A DNA stretch of 64,000 nt. It comes from Amphiscolops sp. MND2022. Taxonomy: Eukaryota. Of this stretch, positions 1-10,300 are shown one piece after another. Both the position numbers and the translations under genes were made by a program. The notes under the pieces were generated by a model that ran no database searches, was not told the DNA's origin, and saw nothing but the letters and a program-made list of their open reading frames with translations. Each line of letters starts with the position of its first letter. Position 1 is the first letter of the stretch. The stretch spans positions 35,402,001-35,466,000 of the forward strand of contig OZ076420.1 in assembly GCA_964187785.1 (NCBI GenBank), in the 5' to 3' direction.

Positions 1-4
1 CATA

Positions 5-2221
5 ATGAAAAGTAGTAATTTGTTTCTTGTAACTCCGAGGGAAGTTACCCGCAGATTCAAAAATGCTGAATCCTGCTTGGACCATATCTACTCAGACTTA
101 CCAGTGGCTGAGAAGATAGTCTATCAAAGCTCAATAACTGATCATTACATGGTATGGACCGAATTTGAAAAACACCTACAGCCAATCATGTCAACACCAA
201 CGTGGTATAGAAATTTTAAGCCTCTAATGAGACCCCAAACCATGTCAAGTTTTCAAAATGGAATAAGCATACAACTTGAAAACATTGATTGGAATAACAG
301 TAGAATAGATCAATGTTTTGCCAGTTTGAATGAAATCATTTTGGACGAAACTGATATCTATGCACCTTATAAAAGAGTTTTGGTTGGTATGAAGAACAAC
401 TGGATAGATAACACGGTGAAGCGTTCCATTAACAAACGTGATATAATGCATAAGATGATGTGTGACCTCCCTGACGACCAAGAAGTAAAACATGCATTCA
501 CCATTCAACGGAATAAGACGAAATCTTTGATAAGAAAAAAGAAACGTCAGCATATACAATCAAAGTTTGACCAGAGCATAGGAGATCCTTTTCATCGAAA
601 TCTGAATGAAGTTTTCGGCAAAGGTAAAGAACCGATACTCCCAACGTTCGATGATGGAAAAACGCTAGATGACTTCAATAAGTATTTCGCTCTTGTTGGT
701 ATTAAGAATCGTGAGGGTATCACTCCGACCAGTGCAACTTTCAACACAAAAGACCAAGGAATGTCTCTATTCAAGAAACCTACGAATGAAAACGAAGTTT
801 CCTGTATAATTAAAAGAACAAAAAACACAACATCGATGGGAATCGATGGTATCAGCAATAAGCTATTAAAGCTTTGCATCCCTGCAATTTTACCTGCAAT
901 AACTACGTTGTTCAACCGCTGCATGCGGCAGGGGTATTTCCGAGAACGAATGAAAATTGCAAAAATCACCCCGGTATACAAAAAAGGAAATCGCGAAAAC
1001 TTCGTGAACTATAGACCAATATCACTGCTGCCTTGTATTTCTAAAGTCTTCGAAAGAGTTATATACGCCAGGTTGATCAACTACATAGATAAGTTTGACC
1101 TACTTTCCAACAATCAGTATGGATTTAGGAAGAAGAGGAGTACTATTGACGCATTGACTAATGTAATCGAGCAGATCAGGTGTGCAAGTAACGATGAGAC
1201 CCAGCTCTGCATTTTCTTAGACCTCAAGAAAGCTTTTGACACAATCGATCACTCCTTATTGTTCGGAAAGCTATATTGCCTTGGTATACGTGGTCCTGTT
1301 CATGATCTGCTCAAATCATATCTCACTAACAGGTTGCAATTTATCTGCATCAAAGGATCATCTTCTCAGATGGAACAAATCAATTGAGGTGTGCCACAAG
1401 GATCTGTACTTGGCCCCCTGCTCTTCATCATCTATATCAATGATCTACCCTCTGTAGTAGAGTCGAACCTCACATTGTTCGCTGACGACACTAATATCTT
1501 AGAACGAGTACCTAAAAACGATTACAATGGAGTCTTGAAAACACTGGACCTGGGCGTGATAATTGATGAAAATCTTTCCTTTAGAAGTCATGTGGATAGT
1601 AAAAAAAACAAATTTTTATATCATAACTACATTCTACTTCGAGTTAGACAACTCCTGACTCGAGAACAAATGTTATTATACTACCGAACTAGAGTGAATC
1701 CCATCATACAATACGGTGTTCTAGTTTACGGTTGTGCTCCCTTCTCGAATCTTCAGCCGATACATAGAACTCAGAGAAGAATAATGAGAACAATTTTCTT
1801 TTTTCCAAAATTTGCAAATGTACAACACTTGATGGCTAGTCATGAACTGCCAACTGTATATGAGCTCCATATTTACGAAATAATCAAGCTGATAATCAAT
1901 GCGATTTGCGAAAAGCAATCAGTACCATTCTTGAACCACTTTCTTGAACAACAAAGTAAACTATATTCATTACGGAAAACTAGCGTTGAACACTCCATCG
2001 TACCATATACCCGCTATGCGAGTGACAAGCAGTCGTTCAAATTCAGAATCCCGCTGCTTCTGAATAAACTGTATAAGTGGACTGTTTTTCCTGAATCATC
2101 AGCAATAAAGAGCTGGACACCTCATTATCAACAATTTTTCTGTCATCAAGTTCTGAGAAATTACATCATAGATAACCAAGAATTAATAGATGCTGTGTAT
2201 GGACTATCTCGAAATAAATGA
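5..2221 (+). mobile_element. Decayed non-LTR retrotransposon (CR1/L2/Jockey-group LINE) ORF2: end of APE endonuclease plus reverse transcriptase
   Basis: ORF 5-1387 has the endonuclease SDH-like motif (ITDHY) and RT motifs (NYRPISLLP, NQYGFRKKRST, FLDLKKAFDTIDH). An in-frame TGA at 1385-1387 is followed in the same frame by GVPQGSVLGPLLF and LFADDT. About 40 aa appear deleted between GVLKT and LDLGV. Non-functional. Confidence 0.93.
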
Positions 2222-2292
2222 ATTCGTCCAACCATCTGCTTCCAAAAACTCTGAGTGATTTTCATGAATAAAGTTTTATGTTAACTGCCTGA

Positions 2293-2429
2293 CTTAGCTG
2301 TTTTTTTCTTTGCGATCAGCTAAGATATGTTAGCCCCACTAGAAACATTGGTGAAACACCGATCCTTCACATCGGGACCCCAAAACTCAAGCAGTTTTGG
2401 AAGTATCGAGTGTTTCTAGTGCAAGGCTA
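2293..2429 (+). other. Structured 3' UTR of the LINE (hairpin plus multibranch stem-loop)
   Basis: CTTAGCTG/CAGCTAAG hairpin (2293-2323). A 13-bp stem CACTAGAAACATT (from 2337) / AGTGTTTCTAGTG (ending 2421) encloses GGTG-AAA-CACC, CCGAT-N7-ATCGG and CCAAAACT-N5-AGTTTTGG hairpins. Paired by eye. Confidence 0.6.
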
Positions 2430-2975
2430 GCATCGCCCGGAATAGTTGAATAATGATCAACATCGCTCGTAGAAAAATGTTTTTCCCAATTTGAGAAATC
2501 ATCGCTCGTCGTTTTCTCAAATTGGGTAACATAATTTTCTCGGTGAAAATGTTTTAAAAATAGCCCTAGGGGTTAACCTATGCCCAAATTTTCGGCAGCT
2601 AAAAAGTGTGATTTCTAGGGTTAAACCCCCCTTAATGAAGTGCAAATATTTTCATTGCCTATTTTCAGCAGTTACTTGAATTTGTTACCATTTTTTTTCT
2701 CCACCTCTCAAATTTTATACATTTCAATGATGTTCATACAGGCGGTCTAAGGCTACAGCCACACGTCATAAAATCGAGAAGAACTGATCTTGTGTGTGAA
2801 ATAGGTGTAAAACATCCTTACCATAACACAAACACTGGCTTATCATAAAAAAAATGTTGATTGAATAAAGTTTGATGATGAAGATGCTGTTTGATATTTT
2901 GATATCAACGTCCTCTTGAGCGGGCATTAGCCCTTGAGGGTCTTTTCTGGCTCTTTGCATACGGGTTTACTCCAT

Positions 2976-3148
2976 NNNNNNNNNNNNNNNNNNNNNNNNN
3001 NNNNNNNNNNNNNNNNNNNNNNNNNNNNNNNNNNNNNNNNNNNNNNNNNNNNNNNNNNNNNNNNNNNNNNNNNNNNNNNNNNNNNNNNNNNNNNNNNNNN
3101 NNNNNNNNNNNNNNNNNNNNNNNNNNNNNNNNNNNNNNNNNNNNNNNN
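2976..3148. other. Assembly gap (N run, 173 nt)
   Basis: Run of n characters. Confidence 1.
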
Positions 3149-3766
3149 TACACTCAATATTAAACTGCGCAGGACAAGTAACTCCGCTGTGTAAATAGCA
3201 ATGCCAAGTTACACCTTTAGTATTAAGATATTAAGGGGGTTATTTGGAACACGTAGATTGCTTCCAAAGGGGCTATTTGTCCTTAAGAATAACCCGTAAA
3301 ACAGATTTCCGCGGGCCATTTAAACCCCTGCAGTGGGAAACTAGTTTCAACAGTGCTAATGATATTGTTATGATGCATTACAACTCCAGTTCATTACCAC
3401 GTAACCAATGTTGGATAGGTACCTGCACTGCGTTTTCAGTTTTAGCACATTTCCAATTATGAATAAAAATTGTTCAGTTTTCTTCAAGTTTACCGAAGTT
3501 ACGTTTTTTACTTGGTTTTGGATAAATACTGCAGTTCCGGAGAAGTGAAATTCAAGAAGAAGAACTGTTTTATGATACAACGTAATTAATTGAGTTTTCA
3601 TTCAACCGTGCCTCGATCTTTTCAGTTAATTTCGATTTAGTACCCCCTCCTGCAGTAATTTATTAAAAGAAAACACTTTTGAATTGAAAAGTCTAAAAAG
3701 CTTTAGACTTAAGGAAAAAAACGAAAAACACTCCTGTTTCTCACGCTAACACCCATTCAGGGCTTT

Positions 3767-4273
3767 TCAAAAATTAATTGGAGGATCAACAATTTGCTTC
3801 GCTTGTATATGTAGCGGAACAAGTGCAACGAGTTCTTCTGCTGACAATGTTTCCAAGTTTCCAGAGAGGCATTTGACTACAGCATTGTCAAAGACCTTGC
3901 AGTGCACGATATGTGCCTCCTTGTCCAAATACTTCTTGAATTCTGGTTCCTTATATTCTTCGAGGATTTTGTCAAAAAGTGCTCTTGCATCACATAGGTC
4001 AATGTCTTCGCCTTGAAGTGCAACTGTGACAGACTTCAATTTCACAAGTTTCTCGCTTAACTCGTCTATGTCAGAGTTTTGCACTGGAGAAGGAAGGAGA
4101 TCAACAAGCTTTCTATCACTGCTAAGAAATTCCAAACTTGGTTTCAGTTTTATGTATCTCTGGACCATTGTCATTGTACTTAGCCAACGCGTCTTGTTTC
4201 GGACAACCGGTTTTAGTTTTGTAAATTCGCGTAATCGTCCAGCCAGCTTCGGCGATCGCAGTTTAACCATCAA
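3767..4273 (-). mobile_element. hAT-superfamily transposase fragment (truncated both sides)
   Basis: 168-aa ORF with the hAT TRW-S motif (KPVVRNKTRWLST) followed by LLPS...L.SV..ALQ...L.DAR.LFD...A.IVH...F..AVVK. No N-terminal DDE segment and no C-terminal dimerisation motif are visible. Confidence 0.75.
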
Positions 4274-4554
4274 ATTTTAAAACTCCCCCCCCCGGTTACC
4301 CTTGGAGGAAAGTATTTCATCAGCATATTCTCTCATACCAAGCCAACCCCCAAGTCTTTATTTTCCCAGCTAGGTCATGAAAAATTATCCTTGTGGTAGC
4401 AACTATTAATTAATGGTAGCAACTATTAATTTCATTTGTTTTTCCATGTACTATCTAGTATGCACTATCTACTCATTTTTTGTAACTTCTTCCAACTTAT
4501 TTCTCAACCTCGCTCAAACATACGGATACGAAAACTAACACTAGAGAAGTGAAT

Positions 4555-4682
4555 TTCCAAGGAAAGCGTAAGGGGAACATTACCATGGTGGAGACTACAA
4601 TCTAAATACTAAATCTAAGCACCAATGGAGAGAGGGGAAAACAACAAAGTTTGCCAGGACCAAGACTTGCGAAGCGACAGCT
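4555..4682 (+). pseudogene. Degenerate inverted partial copy of the 5' part of the FLYWCH-like gene
   Basis: TTCCAAGGAAAGCGTAAGGGGA..TACCATGGTGGAGACTAC..CAATGGAGAGAGGGGA..CAAGACTTGCGAAGCGACAGC matches the reverse complement of about 5153-5275 with indels and substitutions. Confidence 0.85.
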
Positions 4683-4879
4683 TAGGTGGGGAATGAAATG
4701 GGCCGAAGATGTTCAAAAAATGAATGAAGACATGAAGAAATGAACAAATGATAACGATTGAGAATTGAAGTGTTGAATGAGAAAGTTACTCGATCAATTT
4801 TTGAAAATTTGACTCTTATTCGGATGAAAATGTTGTATAGAGAATATAGTTATATAGGTCGCTTGGCAAGGTCAAGGCT

Positions 4880-5305
4880 TCACTGGGCTTCCGCTCTTCG
4901 TAGGCGGCTTCGACGCTGACGCATAGACGCCAACGTCTGCTGCCGCCTCTTCCGAGCTTCGGCCCTGCCTGTGGAGGACGTCTCCGACCACGTGACTGCC
5001 TCGTCATAGATCTGGCTGCAGCCAGGGCCGTCGAACGTCCTCTCGGCTTCGTCCTTGACTCTTGCCAGCCGTTTGATGTCTTCGATTTCTTGCATCGATG
5101 GTTGAGTATGGTTGTGGGCCCTTCGTTGAATTAGGATTCGGTCCCGCACCACGGCTGTCGCTTGGCAAGTCTTGACCTGGCACTTTAGATATGTAGTCTC
5201 CCCTCTCTCCATTGACTTCAGGTATAAGTAGTCTCCACCATGGTAGTAGAGGCTCCCCTTGCGCTTTCCTTGGAAGGTGATGTAATTAGGAACGTTTGTT
5301 GTCAT
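4880..5305 (-). CDS. Small FLYWCH/WRKY-GCM1-like zinc-finger protein (141 aa from ATG at 5305), with a basic helical C-terminus
   Basis: Pattern Y-L-Y-L-K...T-Y-L-K-C-x4-C-x16-H-N-H (YLKCQVKTCQATAVV...AHNH). Intact single ORF, more GC-rich than its flanks. The Trp of canonical FLYWCH is replaced by Leu. Confidence 0.72.
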   Translation of the reverse strand: MTTNVPNYITFQGKRKGSLYYHGGDYLYLKSMERGETTYLKCQVKTCQATAVVRDRILIQRRAHNHTQPSMQEIEDIKRLARVKDEAERTFDGPGCSQIYDEAVTWSETSSTGRAEARKRRQQTLASMRQRRSRLRRAEAQ

Positions 5306-6307
5306 TTCTAACAAAGTTGATTTCTCTATTTAGAATTTGAAGTGAATTTTTGCCAACTTGCACATTAAGTTGATTGATATTTTCCCTAAATTTATAAACT
5401 AATTTGAAAAGCGTTTTCCTACTTTTGAATGTTCAACTGAATTTCTTAACACCCCCCCCTGGGAAGTACAAAAATTTGACTAAAACTTATATGCAATTAA
5501 TTTATTATTGTTTTAATTGGTTGCGGGCAATTAAAATATAAATTAATTGCAAATAATATTTTTTGGGGGGGGGGGGGTGGTTGTGGTATAAAAATAACAA
5601 AATACTCAATTTCAAATTTGTGTTTCGAAATTCAGAGATTTAAACTTTTAGGAATTTCAAATGAAATTAGCTTTAAAAACTTTCAAAATTAGATAAGCCA
5701 GAGAGAAAAGCAATTCATTCGATTAATTTTTCCGGGGGGAATTAAAAGGCAAGACCCAATTTGAGTATTGTTGTTTCAAAAATCAAGGATTTCAAGTTTT
5801 AGAAATTTCAAATGAGTTTAGATTTAAAAACTATCAAAAATAGAAATGAATGAATGAAGTCATTCAATCAAAAATAGAAATGCAATAGAGAAACCAACTG
5901 CTGTATTTGGGAGCTCAGGCAAACAAATGATTTGTAATGGCGAATTGCTCGCGTTGGCGAATTGCATTGTCCAGGTTGTTGACGTTAGTCACGCGTAAAT
6001 AGGAAGAAAGTGCTAGAAACAACTAACAAACTGGCTATTACAGAAACATCGGATGTAAACCGATATTAGCATGACACGCATTTTATGGTGAAGGGAACTA
6101 CTGTCGTTTCAATTTCATGCTATTCGCTCTCATGCTGATTTTGACGTAATCCTTTTGCCGACCCATGATCGGAATGAAAGAATTCGGAAGGAGAGAGAAA
6201 GTGTTATGTTAGGAAATACAGAAATACAGTAAACGATCCATTGAAAGTAAGTAATTGTTGACGTTTGTCACGCGTAAACTAACTGGAATAGTTGTTAATT
6301 TAAACAA

Positions 6308-6570
6308 AGGAGTTATTTGTCCTTTAGTATGTATTGTACGGGGGTTATTTGTCCTCTGATATTAAACAGGAGTTATTTGTCTTTTATTATTTCTTATACG
6401 GGGGTTATTTGTCCTCTGATATTAAACAGAGGAGTTATTTGTCCTTTAGTATTTTTTAAACGGGGGTTATTTGTCCTCTGATATTAAACAGAGGGGTTAT
6501 TTGTCCTTTAGTATTTTTTAAACAGGGGTTATTTGTCCTCTGAAATTTTTGGTACAGGGGTTATTTGACC
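6308..6570 (+). repeat. Tandem array of 9 copies of GG(G/A)GTTATTTGTCC at about 30-32 bp spacing (alternating ~61-bp dimer)
   Basis: Read directly: units alternate ...GTCCTTTAGTAT.. and ...GTCCTCTGATATTAAACAG; the last copy ends GGGGTTATTTGACC. Confidence 0.95.
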
Positions 6571-6937
6571 TCTCAATTACTCAGAAAAAATTTGTAACAA
6601 GTACTGCGAAAATTCAATAAAAAAACGAGTCCACATTTTTTTTTGGATCTTGGGTATAAACTGACTGGTGTGAAAAAGGCAGAAAGTGAAAAACGACTCA
6701 ATTCTTGCGACACATTTCTAAACGAGTAGTCACACACTCAAAAGCCTCAATTTTTTTGTTCGCACTTGCATCAGCCGAGACTCTTTTTGGTCTCTCGCTG
6801 AAACTGTAGTCACAATCTTTCAAATTAGTTTCTATTCTTGATCATCGCAGGTCACATCGAATTATTTCAAAAACCAATCCCTCATCTAAGCTACAAAAAA
6901 TAGCTGCTCTGCTTTAAACTTCATTAATCTTTCAATA

Positions 6938-8869
6938 ATGCCAAGAACAAGGTCACAAGAAGAAACCCCGAAAATTCAACTTCGAAGTCGCCAAGTTAAA
7001 ACTAAAATCCCTCCACCAAATAATTTGAATAAGAAAATAAAAATCACAAAAGAATTGGCGTTCAAATTCCTGGCTCACGCAGACGCAGAGGTAACAACTG
7101 AATACCTCGATTCAGAAAAGATCAAAAGTCATAAGATTGAAACAGAAAAACCCACTGATGAAGAATTGAAACTCCCAGAATACAAAAAACTGGAAACAGA
7201 GCTCCGAGAAGCGTACCTCCAAAGTATGGAGGAAGTTGTTTTCCTCGAGAAGGAGAAATATCAAGAAGAGAAAACGTACAGCGAGCTCGGCGTTTTCACA
7301 AAAAAAGCATTTAAGAAAGCGCAAATTATACCCGGTTTGAAAGGAATGACAGCATTCTGCCCGAACACTATCACAATTGATACTTTTTCCGTTTTGGACA
7401 AAGGGAGAAAAAACTTAGAACGTGTAATGCTGGGCCCAGCTTCCTTTATTAATCATGCGTGCAAACCCAATGCAGATTGGGTAGTTCAAGGCGAGTGGTC
7501 AAAAACAACTTTGGTTGTGAAGACAATTCGACACATCAAAAAAGGAGAAGAAATTACGCTATCTTATGGCAAACACTTTTTTGGCGTCGATAACAAGGAT
7601 TGTGGTTGCACTGATTGCAAGGACAAAAAGAACGGCACTGAGGAAAGAGACGAAACATCAGAAGCAGATATCTCATCAGAGCCAGACCCAAACTTGCATC
7701 TTGAACCAGAGTTACAACCAGAATCAGAACGTGAACGGGAGCCGGAGCAGATTGAACGAGGGTCAGAACGAGAACCAGTCTTGTCTGTTGCTACAGAGTT
7801 ACAACAAGAATCAGAACCACATTTGCAACTTGAAACTGAACGGGGGACGGAAATTCATGTTGAACCAGAGCCAGAGCCTGTCTACACGGAATTGCTACCA
7901 GTGAACAGGGATTTAATGGAGTTCCTGGATTCACAGGACCTCGCTGATTTTTTGGACGTCAATTTCGCGGAAATGTCAGCGATTCCCCACTACACCCCAA
8001 TGGAACCTTTCCAATTCCAGCAATTCCCTTATATGCATCCTTGCCCACCTTACATGGAAAAAATGAATTACATGCCACCATATCCACAGCAATTCAATTA
8101 CATGCAGCCGTTTTATCCCCCGATGCCACCTCAACCACTAATACAACAACATCCTCAACCCACCAACTCAACTCCGCTCTCTGCTCCAAAAATGCCGCAA
8201 GATCCAGGTCCTAGCAAAAAATCCACCAATTGCAGAGCAATTAAACTAGATGAGCATATAGAATGCCTAATTTGCCGAAATGTTGTCAAACGAATGGACA
8301 AGCACCTCGAGAGTCATAATCTAGAAAAAAAAGAAATTAGGTATATAATGGATTTTTTTCGGACAAAAGACCCTGGAAGAAAAACAGTATGGCACTGTGA
8401 AGAATGCTACCGAAGATTCTCATGTAAAAAAACACATAGAAAAACATGTCAGGCTACATTACAAGAACTTGAAAATCCCTCGAGTAAAAAATCTCTCCCT
8501 CAGAGCATCCGCGACAAATGCAAAACAAACATTCTCGCTCGGGAAGATGATGTGCAAGTGGTTGAAAGATTTATGAAGCAGCAACAGGTTCTGGCGGATA
8601 TGTCAGAAAAAAACGGCCCCGAACAGTCAGTTGCTGCCAAGGTTCAAATTTGCGCGCTGTTGTTCAACGAAACAAAGAAACTGACTGATGCTAAAGCCCT
8701 TGTGGAGTCAGCCCGCAGAATTCAGATGAGGAAATCGTTGAAGCCGCAATCCATGCTTAATTACCTAGCAACATTCAGCCATTTTGTGGAGTATTGCTTC
8801 ATGTACGAGGATGGAGTATGCTCCCAAAATAATAACCACCACATGATGATGAATGCTGCAATACGACAG
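6938..8869 (+). CDS. SET-ZnF-tyrosine recombinase gene, exon 1 (644 codons): SUV4-20/Set9-type SET plus post-SET, acidic and P/Q/M/Y-rich linker, two Zn-finger-like motifs, start of YR core-binding domain
   Basis: SET motifs FSV...RKN...LGPASFINHACKPN...IKKGEEITLSYGKHFFG..N..CGCTDC (about 7280-7620). CLICRNVVKRMDKHLESH (8264-8317). CEECYRRFSCKKTHRKTC (8396-8449). LKPQSMLNYLATFSHF resembles a YR core-binding helix. Donor CAG|GTAATT at 8870, phase 0. Confidence 0.88.
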
Positions 8870-8975
8870 GTAATTATTCAAGAAAAATTAAAAGTTTAGC
8901 TCTATAAAATTAAAACTCATTTGGAAAAAAATAAATTATAGAAATCTTTCAATGAATCGATTTCTGAACCGACAA

Positions 8976-9240
8976 AATTGTTGACGTTTGTCACGCGAAA
9001 GAGAAATGCTATTCTCGCAAAAGAGTTATTACAATTGAATATTGAATCTTACAATCGCATTGAATGATAGAAATAAGATTCGAAATATACTAACTAATTG
9101 TTGACGTTTGTCACGCGAAAGAGAAATGCTATTCTCGCAAAAGAGTTATTACAATTGAATATTGAATCTTACAATCGCATTGAATGATAGAAATAAGATT
9201 CGAAATATACTAACTAATTTTTGACGTTTTTCACGCGGAA
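8976..9240 (+). repeat. 120-bp tandem duplication (2 identical copies plus start of a third) in intron 1 of the SET-YR gene
   Basis: Lines at 9001-9120 and 9121-9240 are near-identical; each unit starts with TTGTTGACGTTTGTCACGCG. Confidence 0.95.
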
Positions 9241-9320
9241 GAGATGTTATTGAACGATGGAAATAAAAATCGTGGAAAAAACATCGTGGAAAAGTTGGGC
9301 AGAAAATTGTTTTGTTTCAG

Positions 9321-9779
9321 ACTAAGAAAGCATTCAGAAGCGCTGCTGCTCGGGATTACAAGAGAGTGGCAAAACAGCTTAGAGCGTTGGTCCCTAGCAC
9401 GGAATTGATAAGAGAAAGGATGCAAGGGACACTTGAAATCCTGAAAAAAAACTTGAAAGAAAATAGCCTGTCGTACAAATTACAGCAGACCCTAAACTTC
9501 TTCCTTTTACAAGGTAGACTCAACGTAAGAGCTGGACCAATCCTAACCCTAACTTGGGAGGATTTCAGATGGATTGAGGAAAACGATGCCCCCTTGCAAA
9601 CCGATAAACATAAGACAGGGTCATACTATACAGTACACATTCAAATTGAAAAAGACCAGCGGGAGTTCCTGAAACGCCAGAAAGAAGCTTTCGTGAGAGA
9701 GGTGGGGGAACAACCTAAATTCATTTTCGCCTCACACAAAAATAAAGAAGAGAGGTCCATTTGCCGGTATTTGCGCGAG
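9321..9779 (+). CDS. SET-ZnF-tyrosine recombinase gene, exon 2 (153 codons): YR catalytic domain N-half
   Basis: Acceptor TTGTTTCAG| (phase 0). Encodes GRLNVRAGPILTLTWEDF (catalytic R at 9528-9530) and TDKHKTG (K at 9612-9614). Donor GAG|GTAATT at 9780. Confidence 0.88.
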
Positions 9780-9856
9780 GTAATTTTTAGACTTGTGATT
9801 TTACCACCACAAACGAACAAATACTTTCATTCCATTTTCATTTCTATTTTTTCCAG

Positions 9857-10157
9857 GTCTTCTTCACTCTGTTCAATGACGATCCCAGTGTTGTGCGATT
9901 CAATGCTAACTCTATCAGAAAGTATTGGGAACGTCGTTGGAAAGTTATTGGAAAGGACTCTGGGGACGGCGTAATGAAAGCGCATTATGCCCAAACTGCA
10001 CATTCGGCAAAAACTGCCGAAGATCATTACATTGGACGAGAAGGCACAGAGTCGGACCGTGCATGTCTCCTTTCAATGTACGCAAACGATTTGGCTTTGA
10101 GACCAGGATGCCAGGAGGAACCTGCAATGGAAGAGCCCGAAGAGGCATCTGACTCAG
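9857..10157 (+). CDS. SET-ZnF-tyrosine recombinase gene, exon 3: YR catalytic domain C-half
   Basis: Acceptor TTTTTCCAG| after a 77-bp intron (phase 0). Encodes NANSIRKYW (second R at 9917-9919) and AHSAKTAEDHY (H at 10001-10003, nucleophile Y at 10028-10030). Donor CAG|GTAATT at 10158, phase 1. Confidence 0.88.
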
Positions 10158-10300
10158 GTAATTTTCATGTTTTTTTTTCATTTTGCGTATTTACTAAAAT
10201 TACGTAATTTACCTAAATTAATGCCCCTTTACTGAAACTGTATTTAGACAAAATGTCTCAAAATCAATGTCTCAGAATGATTTTTTCTCTTTTTCTCTAG

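Noticed and set aside
2560-2630. TTAA/CCC-GGG motifs suggesting piggyBac ends
   Set aside because: Too short, with no matching TIR pair or recognisable transposase; the adjacent sequence is cut by the gap.
2905-3194. ORFs spanning the N run
   Set aside because: Artefacts of the assembly gap.
6308-6570. Regularly spaced repeats resembling a CRISPR array (also the 90-bp and 120-bp arrays)
   Set aside because: Spacers are short and near-identical or alternating rather than unique, there are no cas genes, and the context is an intron-containing eukaryote.
6938-8899. The host's ordinary Suv4-20 (KMT5B/C) gene
   Set aside because: It splices in frame into a tyrosine recombinase and sits among element-like repeats, so no host gene symbol is assigned.
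9312-10207. Bacterial or phage integrase contamination
   Set aside because: The recombinase is split by GT-AG introns with pyrimidine-rich acceptors and fused to a eukaryotic SUV4-20 SET domain.
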